A stretch of 64,000 nt of DNA, taken from NCBI RefSeq assembly GCF_021028975.2, contig NC_059428.1:86428001-86492000 (forward strand). Direction: 5' to 3'. A program made the translations under genes and the position numbers. This document shows, one piece after another, positions 41,905 to 55,161 of this stretch (its first letter is position 1; every line of letters starts with the position of its first letter). Under the pieces are notes generated by a model that was not told where the DNA came from, made no database searches, and saw only the letters and a program-made list of their open reading frames with translations. This stretch comes from Sphaerodactylus townsendi (taxonomy: Eukaryota).

Positions 41905-42855
41905 GTAGTCATCCTGGAGAGAAGTGAGCAGTGGGGTACCACAGGGTTCTGTCCTGGGCCCACCGCTATTCAATATCTTTATCAACAATATGGATGATGG
42001 AACAGAGGGCATACTAATCAGATTTGTAGATGACATCAAATTAGAAGGGGTAGGTAATAGCCCAGAGGACAGGGTCAGAATTCACAATGACCTAGACAGA
42101 TTAGAGAGCTGGGCCAAAACTAACAAAATGGATTTCAACAGAGATAAATGCAAGATACTACTCTGTACACTGAGGCAGAAAAATGAAATGCACAGATATA
42201 GGATGGGGGACACCTGGCTTGACATGTGAAAGGGATCTGGGAGTCTTAGTAGACCACAAACAGAACATGAGTCAGCAGTGTGATGTGGCAGCCAAGAAAT
42301 AGAACATAGTGTATAGATCGAGGGAAGTAATAGTGCCACTCTATTCTTCATTGGTCAGATCTCTCCAGGAATCCTGTGTCCAGTTCTGGGCACCACAATT
42401 CAAGAAGGATATTGACAAGCTGGAAGGGGTCCAGAATAGGATGAACCAATGGTCAAAGGTCTGCATTCCATTCCCTATGAGAAGAAACTTAGGGAGCTGG
42501 GTATGTTTATTCTGGAGAAGAGAAGGTTAAGGGGTGACATGGTAGCCATGTTTAAATTTTTGAAGGGATGTCATATTGAAGATGGATCAAACTTATTTTC
42601 TGCTGCTCCAGAGACTAGGACAAGGAGCAATTGATTCAAGGTACAGGAAAAGAGATTCCACCTAAAAGAGATTCCACCTAAAGTTCTTCCTGATGGTAAG
42701 AGTTGTTCAACAGTGGAATACACTGCTTCAGAGTGCAATGGAGTTTCTTTAAGAGGTTTTTAAACAGAGACTGGGTGTCCATCTGTCAGGAGTTCTTTGA
42801 CTGCGTATTCCTGCACAGCAGAAGGTTGGACTTGATGGTCCCTGTGTCTTTTCTA
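41905..42855 (+). mobile_element. CR1 LINE RT fragment with deletions
   Basis: [49 protein letters not shown] motifs. Confidence 0.92.
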
Positions 42856-44948
42856 ATGAAAAGAACATTATTTTACAGAAATGAATTCAGCATACAAAAC
42901 ACCCTGCTTAGCTTCTGATGAGATTAGGCTAGCCCTTGGCTAAATGTTCTGAAAAATATATTCTATTCTGACTGTGCTGTATGATAGTAATATTAGTAAA
43001 TCAGTAAATCCAATAGAGTTAAGGGGGATTTACTTAAAGATTAAACAAGAATGTCATGTTGTTGTAATGACAATCTTTAACCACCCCAAGTTCTCTTACA
43101 GCCTTTGGTAGCTGGATGAGGGATGTAGTATTTTAATGAATACCCAAGACAGTATCTACTGTTTAATTTCTTACCCGTAAGCTATATCCAGAAATTACAA
43201 TAAACTCTAATTAAACTGAGCTTTACCACAATGAGCTTGAACTCAGTTTGTTAAACCCATGTGGTCTCCTTGATCCTTTTCTGATTCTGCAGACCGTACG
43301 GCCATTGAGGCTTCTGTGGTTGGGAAGCCTTGAAATAAATTCCCTTTCTCTGTGGTATTTGAGTATATGTGCCTGTCTGAACTGGATATCGCATGCCTCC
43401 CCCAAACTGGTATTCTCAACTATTTAATCTGGGTTTAGGAAGGAAAAGCAAGCTCGTGATCAGGGTGCCTACATGGGCCAACATGATAAAATCAAGTCCT
43501 ATTAAAAGCTTATGAAATTTATAAGTGCTGTGATTATAAATGTTTTAAACAAATGACTAAACAAATCAGGAAGCCTTGATTGTTTTCTGTGTATGTATTG
43601 TGTGTGTGTGTGTGTTCATTCCCACCCTATCAAATTTCAGTTTAATTACAGCTTGTAATTCCAAGCACAAAACACATCTTTCTCCTAAAAATGCACGTAC
43701 AAACCTTGGCTTGTATTCCTCTTTATTTTAAGAGAGCCTAAACATTAATGAATAAAAGTATTAATCACAAACTGCATGTTTAATTTCATGGGCCTCCAGT
43801 GAGGAATTACAGTGACTCTTGTGGCTTAGAAAAAAAATGTCAAGGGCACTACTAAAGTACTGTTGTATATTTTCCCATAAGTTTGCATAGCAGATAGCTG
43901 GAAATTCATTGGCACAGAAAGCCTCAGCAGTGAAAAAACATAAATTGATTAAGTATGTCAGGAACTCAGTTGCCTTCCCCGCCCCCCCCCCGCCCCCGTC
44001 TTGCTTGCCTCTTCTGTTTTCAATGAGACTGAATGCCAGCTGAGAGTCTGATGCTTCTCATGTGAACTCTGCTATGCAAGGTTTCAAAACCCAGCATTGT
44101 AAACAAGACCCTCATGCTTAGAAACTAATTTATGGATGAATTATATTCTAATTTCAGATACCTGGCCACTGAGCGTCTCGATTCCTCCAGTAAACTGACT
44201 TTATAGAAAGCAAATATGTTCTGTGACAGTCAGACCTTGTGATGGCTAACGGTTTAAGACCTTGTGATGGCTAATGGCTGATTTGGTGCTGACTTTACAT
44301 CCTTAATGAGTTTTTTCCTGGTTTTTTGTATGATGCATGGTAGAAGCATGGTAGATTTCCATGGGCTCTCAAACTGAGGATGATAAAATAGTATACTAAT
44401 CTTGCACTGAAAACAATGAAGAATGGAAAGATCAGTTGGGAAGAGCTGTGGCTCAATAGTACAGCATGTAGCTTGCGTGCATGAAGTCCTTTGGAATTTC
44501 GAGTTAACAGGGTCAGATTGTATGCTCTGTTAAAGTTTTGAAGTTGTGTAGGGACTGTGGCTTAACTTTAGGGCATCTGCATAGCATGCAGATGGTCCCA
44601 GAGAGAGCAGACGGATGGTCTAATTCAGTATAGGGAATTTCACATTTTTTCAAGTTTGTAGAAAGATCTGTCTTGTCTTTCCACAACTCCATTGGATTTA
44701 AGTATCCAAAAATTTGGCCAACTTTGCAATGAGAATATAAGATTCTTTATTTGGATTACTAGGATGTGACATCTGCCACATTTGTACAAAAATATTTTAA
44801 ATAAAATAATTATGCTGCAGAATAAGGATAGGAATAAGATTTACAAGGTTGAGATTTAATGGGTACACACTAGTGATTTAACAATCATACGAATTAGCTT
44901 CCTCTCTGTTTTAGTACTCAAAACAGATAAAAGATTACATCATCTATC

Positions 44949-45183
44949 AGGGAATTATTATTTTTTTAAAAAAGAGAGTACCTATGTAACTGAGGATTTA
45001 TTTATGCAGGTCTGAATGGCTGAAAAGAACATACCATGTTCATCCCAAGGAGAAATTTACTCTGCCAAGCCATGGTTGAAAAGGGCTGTGCTTAGGCATC
45101 CTTATCCCATAGGGAATTATTTTTTTTAAAAAAAAGAGGGCACCTATGTAACTGAGAATTTATTTATACAGGTATGAATGGCT
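44949..45183. repeat. Direct duplication of about 73 bp (44949-45021 and 45111-45183)
   Basis: agggaattatt...acctatgtaactgag.atttatttat.caggt.tgaatggct in both copies. Confidence 0.8.
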
Positions 45184-46269
45184 TGGTTCTGTCAGTAAAG
45201 GGGCACAATATTTTCCACACCTATTTTGGTCACTGGAGTCAGTCTTGTAAGATGGCCAGCTCCAGGTTCCCAGTCTGTCACAAAGAAGTGAGTAGTTTCT
45301 TTTGCATGCAGGTCCATGTTCACCATATCATATCATATATATGCTGAATATTTATGGAAACTAGCATTAAGTTCTCATGGTCAAGATCCATTAAAAGGTA
45401 TGGGAGCAAAGCAAAAATATTTTCATCATAAACTGTGTTTGTCTGGAGCTGTTCAAACAGCACCATATGGTGGCCCAGAGGTTATTTTACCAGTATACAG
45501 GTGATTTCACCATGGCTGATCATGAGCAGTGAAATCCAAAGCATATGTTCTTAGAATCAGTTTCCATTGAGTTCTGTGGAGGTTACTCCCTAATACGTTT
45601 GCTTATTATTGTAGCCTGTTTTGGTTGGACTATGATAGAAGCATCAGTGAAAAGGAGCCCATTGAGCATTTGCATACACTAAGGGTAAAATCCTATCTAA
45701 AATCCATGCATGGAAACATGATTTCCTCCCCCTCCCTTGTTGTAGCCAGGAATTCCCCCCCCCCCACACACACACACACACGCACACACAAATGCTGCCA
45801 ATGGAAGATAGGGGGCATCCAGAAGTAGCATGTGAGGGAAGTGTGTATGGATCTTTTCCATGGGAATTAATGGGAGAGAAGGGTTAACAGTAGCACTGCT
45901 GATACTTGGGGAGATGTTTTCCAGGGGCAGATAAGGGTCTGATCTGGCTTTATGAGCCAGTTATTATGAATTTACCCATGAAGATGACCTAGCTATTGTT
46001 TACCAACATACTTCTAATAAATGTAATAGCTCCTCCACTTATCACAATTGTTGGGAACAATTCTTGCTGGCTATGTTTACTACTGGTTTGAGACAAGAAA
46101 CGACAAGAAATTAATAACTGCCACCTGAAATAGTGACCCCAAAATCTTTTGTCCCTGGTCTCTGGAGATATGGGGGGGGGGAGGGGGAGGAAAGGGACTT
46201 CTGTATTTCCCCAGTCATCTGGGAAGAATGCTGTGCTAATCTTTTTAGCAGCCTGCAAATACATGAAAT

Positions 46270-47720
46270 GCTGCTGCAGGCCCAGGGAATGCTTCCAGCA
46301 TGGCCTGGAGTACTGCCTGAGGAGACTGAGATTTTGATAAACAAATTAAAGTCAGGGAAAGCTCTTAGACTCGATTTAATTACTACAGAAGTCTTTCAAT
46401 TCATTGTTAAAAAGTGGGCCCAATTTCTAGCACACTTATTTACCTTAAGGAGCCGCATGGCATAGTGGTTAAGTGCTTGCACTGCCACTCACACGGTCAG
46501 GAGTTCAAGCCCCCTGTGGGTCAGATATCCTGGCAGCTGGCTCATGGTCAACTCAGCCATCCATCCATTTCTTGGTCAGTAAATGAGTACCTAGCACATA
46601 GCTAGGGGGTAAAGAATAGCTGGGGAAAGCAATGGCAAACTACCCCACAAAAGAGGCTTGCCTATGAAATCACTGCTTGCAGTGGTTCCCCAGGGTCGGA
46701 TACGACTGAAGGGGAAACTTTACCTTTACTTTATTTACCTTAATAGCTCTGGTAAAATACCAAGAACATGGCAACAGACTATTATTGTTCTGATTTATAA
46801 AGAAGGTGATCAATCCAATCCAGCAAACTATCATCCGATTAGCCTTCTGTCAATACTTATATGCACATTTCCTGTATCAAAAGCTTGACCATTGGATTCA
46901 AATATAAAAAAATTATTGGACCTGAGCAGGCTGGGTTTACACATGGCTGCTCGATGTTGGATCAATGTGCCATCTTATTGCATCTGGTCGAGAAAACTAT
47001 GTCATCAAAGGGCTCACCATATGTGGCCTTTATAGATTTACAGGCAGCCTTTGATTCTGTTACTAGGAATTAACTATGGGCCAAACTGGAAAATACATCC
47101 CTTACTGGCAGACTGTTATGGCTTACTAGAAAACTGTATGGACCTTCGTGTGCTTGTGTGTGATGTATTGATTCTGGCCACCTCTCTAGATTTTTTTCCA
47201 CTGCAGAGAGGAGTTTGTCAGGGGTGTGTAGTAGCTCCACTACTATTGTTTAACCTATATTTGGGTGATCTTCTGGACAAACTAAAATAATCTTGTTACT
47301 ATTTCTATACTGCTATACGTAAATGATATAATACTTCTTTCCCATACTCCTATTGGCCTCAGGCTCTTTTCAAAAATTTTCTCCTAATATTATATTGATT
47401 GGAATTTGACTATTTACAACAAGTCTGAAGTGATGCTTTTTACTAAATGATCATGACCACCAGTATATAGTTGGGAAATAAATGGGCAGAACTGGAGCAA
47501 GTTAAACAGTAATAATATCTTGGTATATTCTTTTGATACAATCTATCCTGGGAACAACATATTAAAGAGGCACAACAGATAGCTAAACTGTACAGTACTT
47601 TCAGTCAACTTTTTTTGCTAAGGAAGGTCAATATATTTCTGTGACATTATCTGTATTTAATTCTAAGGTGGCAATTTGGGTACTATACAGAGCACCAATG
47701 TGATCATAATCAGTTAGAGA
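46270..47720 (+). mobile_element. Degenerate non-LTR retrotransposon RT region (RTE-X/RTE-like)
   Basis: INKLKSGKA, IPRTW..IIVLIYKEGD.SNPANYHPISLL, EQAGF, FIDLQAAFDSV, GVCQGCVVAPLL motifs with stops and frameshifts. Confidence 0.85.
46449..46730 (+). mobile_element. Sauria SINE nested in the LINE
   Basis: tRNA-like head, ggtcaactcagcc core, gcaatggcaaac and acctttac tail; 13-bp TSD ttatttaccttaa (46436-46448, 46731-46743). Confidence 0.88.
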
Positions 47721-47744
47721 TTCTCTCTGCCAGATTTTTTTTGT

Positions 47745-50700
47745 AGAATCACAGGAGACACAGCACAACCTTACCTGGTTGCCTCCTGGGAGGGAAGGGG
47801 AGGAACAGGCAGGAAGCCGAACCTGGCAAATGATTAGCTGGCTAGCATCTGAGCTGACCACTTCAACAGGCTTGGCGTGGGTGGGGCCAGGGCACAATCT
47901 TAAAATGCAGCTTCTGCAGCCCTCAGCTCCATGTTCTTGTCAGCCGGCCACTTTTCTTTGTGTCAGAGGGCTTCATGGACTCGAGTGTAGTCGACCCACG
48001 TGGTCAGCGTAGAAGAGCGAAGGCGAGGCAGCCCGGAGACTTAACATCTGAGTGGGGAGATCGCCAGCAGCGGGAGACCGGAGGAGTCCGTGTTCATAGA
48101 GAGTCTCCCGTCTGCAGGTTCCTGGCACCTTTGTGTTGTTATTCTCCGAGGGCGTGTAGGGAGAGGGAGGACGGGGGGGGGAGTTCGGGAAGGGAGAGGC
48201 GGGGAGGAGGTCGGGAGATCATCATGTGAGGCATGATCTCATCTGGCTACGTGCGGAGAGGAGCGTAAGCGTCTGAGCCTAATCCTCACCTGGGGGCAAG
48301 ACCATTGTCCCTGCGCCCGGTGATTGAGCCAGGCAGTTCATGACCCGTGACTCATGGGGGGATGAGGAGTGGGGGTGCGGTGCGACCAGCAAGGCCGTAG
48401 GTCCGTTGGCGTCCCAACGTTCTACCACGGTGCTGCTGGGTCAGCAGTGCATCACTACACTCGAGACAGCTTTACATAACCTTGAGAGCCTTTGGACACC
48501 TTCAGCATGCTTTGGGAAGCCCCAGCAGGACTTGCTGTGGAGCAGCAGCCCAGGGAAGACTTGCAACCTCTGAAGACTTGGAAGAGGGAGGCAAGTGTAG
48601 GAGGATGTGGCTTGGCGCCTGTTCGGCTGAGCTTCCCCACCTAGCCCAGCCAGTCTCTCCAAGTGGCCGGAAGTAGCTGGAGGAAATGTTTGCTTTCCCT
48701 CCCTTCACCCCCCTGCGGACCTGGGTTGCTGCTTCTGGACCTTCCTGCAGGTCGCAATGGCCCGGCAATGTGTTCCAGCCCAGAGTGACCTCGCAGCAGT
48801 GACCAACTCAGCCTGGAGACTGGAGCCATATACATTTGCCGCATTTGCCATCAGAGGTGGATGATGCAGATGATCCTCCGGGAGCCACCTCCCACATAAA
48901 CTGCGTGAGAGGGCCCTAGATGGGTATTATGTAGATGTAGTTTATCACCTGAAGCCTGAGGGAGAGGCCAGGGCCATGAGTTTGAAACCCACCAAGAAGG
49001 GCAAAAAAGCTTGTGCTGAGTGCAACTTTCTCAATTGGTTGAAGGGCTATTTGGTGATTTTGGGGCTTATATCCACCGTATACCCTGACTGAGCTTGGCA
49101 TCTGGCCAACCACCTTAATATTGTTTTGTTGGCATGCACCTTCTGCGATCTGGGTGTTGAAAGTCATGCTGCAGAGGAGCGAGAGACCTAGTGATGCGCA
49201 TGTGTGTGTGTGCAGGGAGGATGCACTTTTCCTGGGGCAGCACACCGAGGGCAAAGGCATGGCTCCGCTTGCTAGGCATCCTTGCCCTCTGCCCGCTTGT
49301 CTGGCTGCCCCCTCGCCTTTTCACTGGCACGGATCAGAGGAAGCCACTGGAGTGAACCCAGCAGATGACTTGCTTTTGCAGGGAGGGCTCCTCCTCCGGA
49401 CTTTTTCGCAGGGCAGGAGGTCTCCCGGCAAAACTGAGTTCACAGATCTTGCTGAGCACCGCGAGCCTAAGGACCTTGCAAAATCTCTCCTCCCTGCCCT
49501 GGGCTCCCAGGCACTAAAAGCCCCATTGCTTTCTCTCCCAGGTTAGGGGGAGGGGGCCTTAACAAATGGTTCACCACAATTGGGGCGAGCGGCCTGAATC
49601 CCACCACTGCACCTGGGCTGCCGTTTTTTAATCCTACCCCCAAAGTTTTAGTTTGATCCCAAAAGTTACATGCCAAGAAAAGCATGCCAGCCTCCCGTCT
49701 CCCACGCGTTGTGGGGGAGTGTGCGTACTCGTGGGGTAGTAGATGGTACTTACAGCAAATCAGGTTGACTCAAGAGGACCTCCCTGAAGCTCAGCCCCAG
49801 CCGACAGAATGCCTTGTGCATGGCCAGCCTGTGCACCATGACTCCCAAAGTGTCTGCTGGCAGCAGACTCTGGCGGGGCGAGGGGGAAATGACAGTGTGC
49901 GTGCCCACAGAGAGGGCTCTGATTGCCGCCTCTGGCAGCTGTGCTGTAGGTTTGTCACCATGGGCATAAGGGGTTAAGGGGGCTCAGGCAGCTTCCACTC
50001 TTTGGGTTTATGAGCAGGCGGGTGCAACCTTCACCTCTTTCTCAGCCTCACTGGGGTTGGGAGAACCTTTTCTAGTCCATGAGGTCACACTGCTGCACTA
50101 TTTGGCATCCCTGCACAACTGCAAGCTGAAGCCCAAAACCATGGGCATCTACCTCTCAGTCATTTGCTTTTACTCCAAAGCCAGGGGCTTCCCAGATCCG
50201 ACAGTCTCATTTTTGCTAGGAAGGCCTTGGAGGGGTGGAGGCACCTCAACCCCAAAACACCTAATCTTCATAGGCCAGTCACCTTGAGCATGTTACAGGA
50301 ATTCTTGCATTTACTGGATTTGCTTTTCAGCATTTGAAACTACCCTGGCTCCAGGCTGCACATATGGCTGCCCAATCAAGGTCCATGCCACTCCATTGGG
50401 TCAGATATGTCCCATTTTTTACACAGCTGAGTACTTAAAACTTTGTTTCTCAGTCACAGGTCCCCTACTGATACACAAAAAAGGCTCGCACTTCTCACGT
50501 TACCAGTTTTTGAGTGTCTTCTGCACATGGACTCCCCCTGGCGATTTTGGCAATAATTCCTTCCGAATCAGGGCCGGCACCTCTGCGGCCCAGGTCAGCT
50601 CCATGCCTAACAAAATTAGGGCCATTGGCCGCTGGCATTCTTCTGCCTATCAATTTTACATTTGACCTGACTCAGTGTACTTATGGTACATTTCTTCTAG

Positions 50701-51130
50701 TTCTTGCAGATATGCGGCACAAGGTTTTGAATATCAGACACAGCATAATCTTTTGGATGAGCCAGTATGCAGCATCTTTTGAATGCAACTCAACTTGGGT
50801 CTTGGTGACAGAGTTTCCATTTTGTGGTTGGGTCACCAAGAAATGCGATGGGATGAACTTTTACCAGCCATTGCAACTGTTGTCTATCAGCATGGCCATC
50901 CTCACACAGTGATGGTTCAGCTTGGGGAGAATGACCTACCTGCAGAAGAAGGCATCACCTTGGCCTGGAAGATGATGGGCAACCTCCAGCTGCTACTCCA
51001 TAGTCTCCTGGAGCTCTTGTTATTTTAGTCATGCCTTTTAGAATAGAGGGAGAGGAGGGGGCCCTCACCCCCCAAAAGGTTGATCTGGTCAGGAAGACCC
51101 TGTGGCAGGTGGCAGCAGCAACTCTTCTGT
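47745..51130 (+). mobile_element. Degenerate Ngaro/DIRS-like tyrosine-recombinase retrotransposon (gag, YR and SGNH-hydrolase remnants)
   Basis: Gag-like GSHLPHKLRERALDGYYVDV..FLNWLKGY (48877-49137); YR NSFRIRAGTSAA..IGRWHSSAYQFYI (50550-50665); SGNH-like RHSIIFW, WLG..MRW..LLP, QLGENDL (50710-50945). Boundaries are approximate. Confidence 0.78.
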
Positions 51131-51320
51131 GGCTCACCCTTTCTCTCCCTTTCCCCCATTCTGTTTTCCCAGTCATTCTGTCCATTCCCCTTTCTCTCTA
51201 TTCTTTTTTTCTCCCTTCCCCATTCTGTTTCCCCCCTCATTCTCTCTGTTCCACTCATTCTGCTGCCCTTTCTGTCTATCCCCCTTTCTTTCCCTTCCCC
51301 CAATTCTGTTTTCCCCCACT
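51125..51320. repeat. Pyrimidine-rich degenerate tandem repeat (cccttccccattctgttttccc units)
   Basis: Three or more imperfect units visible. Confidence 0.7.
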
Positions 51321-52767
51321 TGCACCATGAAAGTTCGCTGGGTTACCTTGGTCACTCTCAGCCTAACCTAGCTTGCAGGGCTATTGTGAATGTAAAATGG
51401 AGGAGAGGAGCAAGATGTCAATCACTTTGGCTTCTATTGGGAAGAAAGGTGGGTTGGGAAATTCCTGAAGATACAGGTATGAAACAGTGTGCATGTGTAT
51501 GTGTTGGGAATGGAAGGAAGCTGAGAAGGAAAACATTGTCATAGAGTTCACCCTCCAAAACAGTCATTTTCTCCAGGGTAACAGATCTGTGTAATTTGGA
51601 CTCCCCCTGGAGGCTGGCCACCCTAATTTAATGTAATTTTTCTGAGTATATGCAGATTGCCCTGGGAGTGAAAGGAACCTCCCAGAATCACTGCTGCCTC
51701 TATGGATGTTCATGGGGGTGGGGGGTGCAGCGAAAAATCAGTTCTGGGAGGATGACATATCTTGCCTGATTTCTCTCCTTGCTTCAGCCTCATTCTGTAT
51801 TTCCTGATTTCCATAGAGTAGTTGGTGGTCAAAGGGGGCCTGTTCTCCCTCTTTCATCATCACAAAAGCTAGTATGATCCTATCCACCAACTTTTTCCTC
51901 TTACATGTCCATGTTGGCCCATTTTGGATAACGGCTGAACAGAAAAATATGTTGCTCAAATCAAAAAGCACACAATAGCTGAACATAAACAGAAAAGCCT
52001 GTAGAAATGATTAAAATATGAGCATCCTGAGGCATTCTTTTCCATTTGTCTGTGAGACATAAGGAGACAGCTGAATGCCGCACAAAGCAGAATCATCTCC
52101 AGTTTGGTTTCATAGTCTCTTGAGCCACATGAAAAGGTATTCTTCCTCCAGCTTTTTGGAAAAGCGTGGACCAGCAATGACCAGAAGTGACATCAAAGCT
52201 TAAACAAGGGAGCAACTGTTGCCCAGAAAAAGATGCTGCAAGCACACAACCTGAACAAAAGATTCATTTATTTTATATATATATATATATATATAATCTC
52301 TAATAAGTTGCAATAGTCTCTGGGGTTTAAAATGTATTTTTGCTATTTTCAATGCTTTAAAAATTATAATTCCAACATTAAATATTGTTATATACATTAT
52401 GATTCCATTCTTATTTCTAAACAAGAATGGTGTAGTTTTCCAAGTAAAAACCCAGATGGGGAAACGCAAGTAATTCCTCTAAACAGAAATATGGATCGTA
52501 CACCTGTAGATTTGACTCTTAAAAGCCCAATTTCCAACACTGTTATACAAGTTATCTTGTTTTCTTTTTGAATGAAACAAAAAGATAGACTGGCCAGTAT
52601 TTTGTCAATTTTATAGGGATTTTTTTTTAAATCTCATATCTATTTTATATAAAATAACAAAATATACAGGGAAAGCGCAGTTTGTTAAGTTTAATTCATA
52701 CACATTAAAAGTAAATAAAGGATTTTATGTATGGCTTTGCAAAGGTAGATTATGAAGTGACTTCTGT

Positions 52768-54119
52768 TTATTTATTTAAAAGCATTTTAAGAGAACGTGT
52801 TAGTGTGCTTACAATAGTGGCCATGGTGGTCGAATGACGAGCCAAGAGTTTAATGCTGGAGTCGCTAGAGGTCTTACCAGACGCTGCTTCTGCAGCCTTC
52901 AGGAGACAAATGTAGTTTATTACAACCTCATCTATTTTAGCTACAATATCCTCCTGCTGTGTTTCAGAGTTCGTGATTTTAACTAAACGCATGCAGGCTT
53001 CTGTTAAGCAACAGAGTACTTGAAAGCTAGAAGTCATAGCTAGGAGCATTTCCTCAGGGCCTTTTTCAGCCATGGCCATTTTCCTGCAGGCACTTCCCAA
53101 ATGTCTTGATTCTACAGATAACAGTTGTTTGTACTGAGAAAGTTGAAGGTCAAATGTTTCTTGACAGACATCATCCCTTTTTCTCACACTGGATCGGACC
53201 AAACAGAGTAGCTCATTGGCGTCCTTTTGTGCTGCAAGAAATCCATCAGGCACTGTGTAATACTTTTCTTTCATTAAACTGAGCCTTGCAATTTGTGCAT
53301 CAAAGGACATATTGCTGGGATTCACATGAGTTTCACCGTCCTGATCTTCAGGCCTGTTCATGTTGCTTTGATTGTTTCCAATATCTTTGGGGGGTTCAAC
53401 ACTTTCTTTCCCACTTTCCTCATTTAGAGTAGAACAAACTTGACTGCATTTTTCTGCTGCTTCATGCTGTTTCTCAGGTTGATACAGGCATGAAAGCTGT
53501 GTGCTTCTGTCTTTATGTTCATCTTCTTCATCATCATCATCTTTGGCAGTTCCTCTTTTTAGAAAACAAGAGCTGAAAGGTCCATGGCATTTCCAGTTGC
53601 TAGCATCTAGTTTCCGCAAGGGTAAAGTTCTGTACTGTTTGGAATCTTTCTGGTTGGTGTTCAAGTCAGAAGACCTTTTCCTGTTCATGCTGACGTTCAC
53701 AGCATCCTGGAAATAACTTTTGGATAACATTTTGCCCAGAGGAAGCTGCCCTCTTTTTTCTAGTTTTGAGTCTTCTGCTTCACTGGTGTTCATGCACATC
53801 AAACTCACACTGGCTTTTTTCTTTCCCTCGATAAGCATCTCAGTGCCTGTAGGTTCTGCAACAACACTACTGCTACGGCGCAAAACTTTCTTCTCGTGCG
53901 GCATTCTGAGGCTTCCTCCCATCATATCATATGGCCATGAATGAACTGTTATCCCACCTGACTGGTCGACTTTGGGAGCAACAAAAGAGTCTTGATTTTG
54001 ACTTGGCACCTTTGATTCTGAGTGAATGTGGGATGATGGCATGGTGGAATCAGCTCTGCGCTGTTTAGGAAAAGCTGAAGGCATGCCTCCTCGTCTTCCA
54101 GTCACAGGCTCTGTGAAAG
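52768..54119 (-). CDS. FRMPD4: FRMPD4 terminal exon, long isoform: 450-aa extension AFTEPVTG...TRSLKMLLNK*
   Basis: A second AG 5 nt downstream puts the exon in frame with the intact ORF 52768..54216; 1350 nt without a stop in AT-rich DNA implies coding constraint. Confidence 0.8.
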
Positions 54120-54124
54120 CTACA
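54120..54124 (-). CDS. FRMPD4: FRMPD4 terminal exon, short isoform: G|TG TAG gives ...ETTV* (class I PDZ-binding C-terminus)
   Basis: Acceptor cccctAG|TGTAG; reproduces the known Preso C-terminus ETTV. Confidence 0.85.
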
Positions 54125-54597
54125 CTAGGGGTAGTAGAAGAACACAGAGAAGCATTAAGCATCAACCTCAGAACATGTGGGTGATTTGAGCATTTCAGTC
54201 TTTTATCATTAAACATTTTTTTTAAAAAAACTTACCATTGTCAACTTTCAAAGCCTTCAGAAAATGCAACCACATATAGTTCTTTCATGAGAGACAAAGT
54301 TCATTAGAGTCACTGTTGTAAATCAGTCATGTTGTTTCTTAGGATGAAGACAAATGGAACCCAAAACAAAAATTCACAGCAAATCTCCCTGTTATGCTGT
54401 ATGGCTTCCCAAAATGACTTACATACCAATAAATAGAACTAATTGTTGAGAGCCTTTCAGCTGCACTGCCCCAAGCCTTCAATCAGACTGTCTGTTTTTA
54501 ACGCTTTTAAGGTAAGTGTACATTTTATCTGTCCATTAATTTCTTCATTAATTTAAAACCTGAAACTTTTTAACCTGGCAAAATGGGATGGATAAGG

Positions 54598-54782
54598 TTT
54601 ACTTTACCCTGCCTTTCTCACCAAGAGAAACCTGAGCCAGCTTATACGGTTCTCATCTCCTACTTTTTAGGCTCATAACAACCCCGTGTGAGTGACTGGT
54701 CCAAGGTCACCGATCCATGGCAAAGTGGGGTTGAACCTGAGTCTCCCAGTCCAAAACTCTGACCAATAGCCACACTGGCTTT
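54598..54782 (-). mobile_element. Degenerate tRNA/CORE SINE
   Basis: Reverse complement has agccagtgtggc..ggttcaacccc..ggtgaccttggaccagtcac. Confidence 0.6.
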
Positions 54783-55161
54783 CTTGTAGTGGCTGATGTC
54801 ATATAGTAGTGAGTTGCCAAAAAGTCGCTACTGGGCCTGACTGAGTCATGCAAGTTGTGTGGTAGTGGTTGTTTGACCCAGTAAGTCCTCCACTCAAAGC
54901 TGGGGAAATGAGAGCAGGGGTGGCCTGGGAGGCCAAAATAGCCCTATAAAGAACCCCTCCCAGGCCTGCCTTTTACTGACAGAAACCAAGGGTTGAACAC
55001 TGGCATTATTGTGACTGCCCAGCAATCCCACAATATTCACTGAGATTTCAGTGGGTATCCATTTCTTAAAGCTATACATGCCACTTGTATTGTAACTCCT
55101 GCAATGCATTTTTTCCAGACATCAGATTTTCCTGCAAACCTGAGGCATTTGTAGAAAGATA

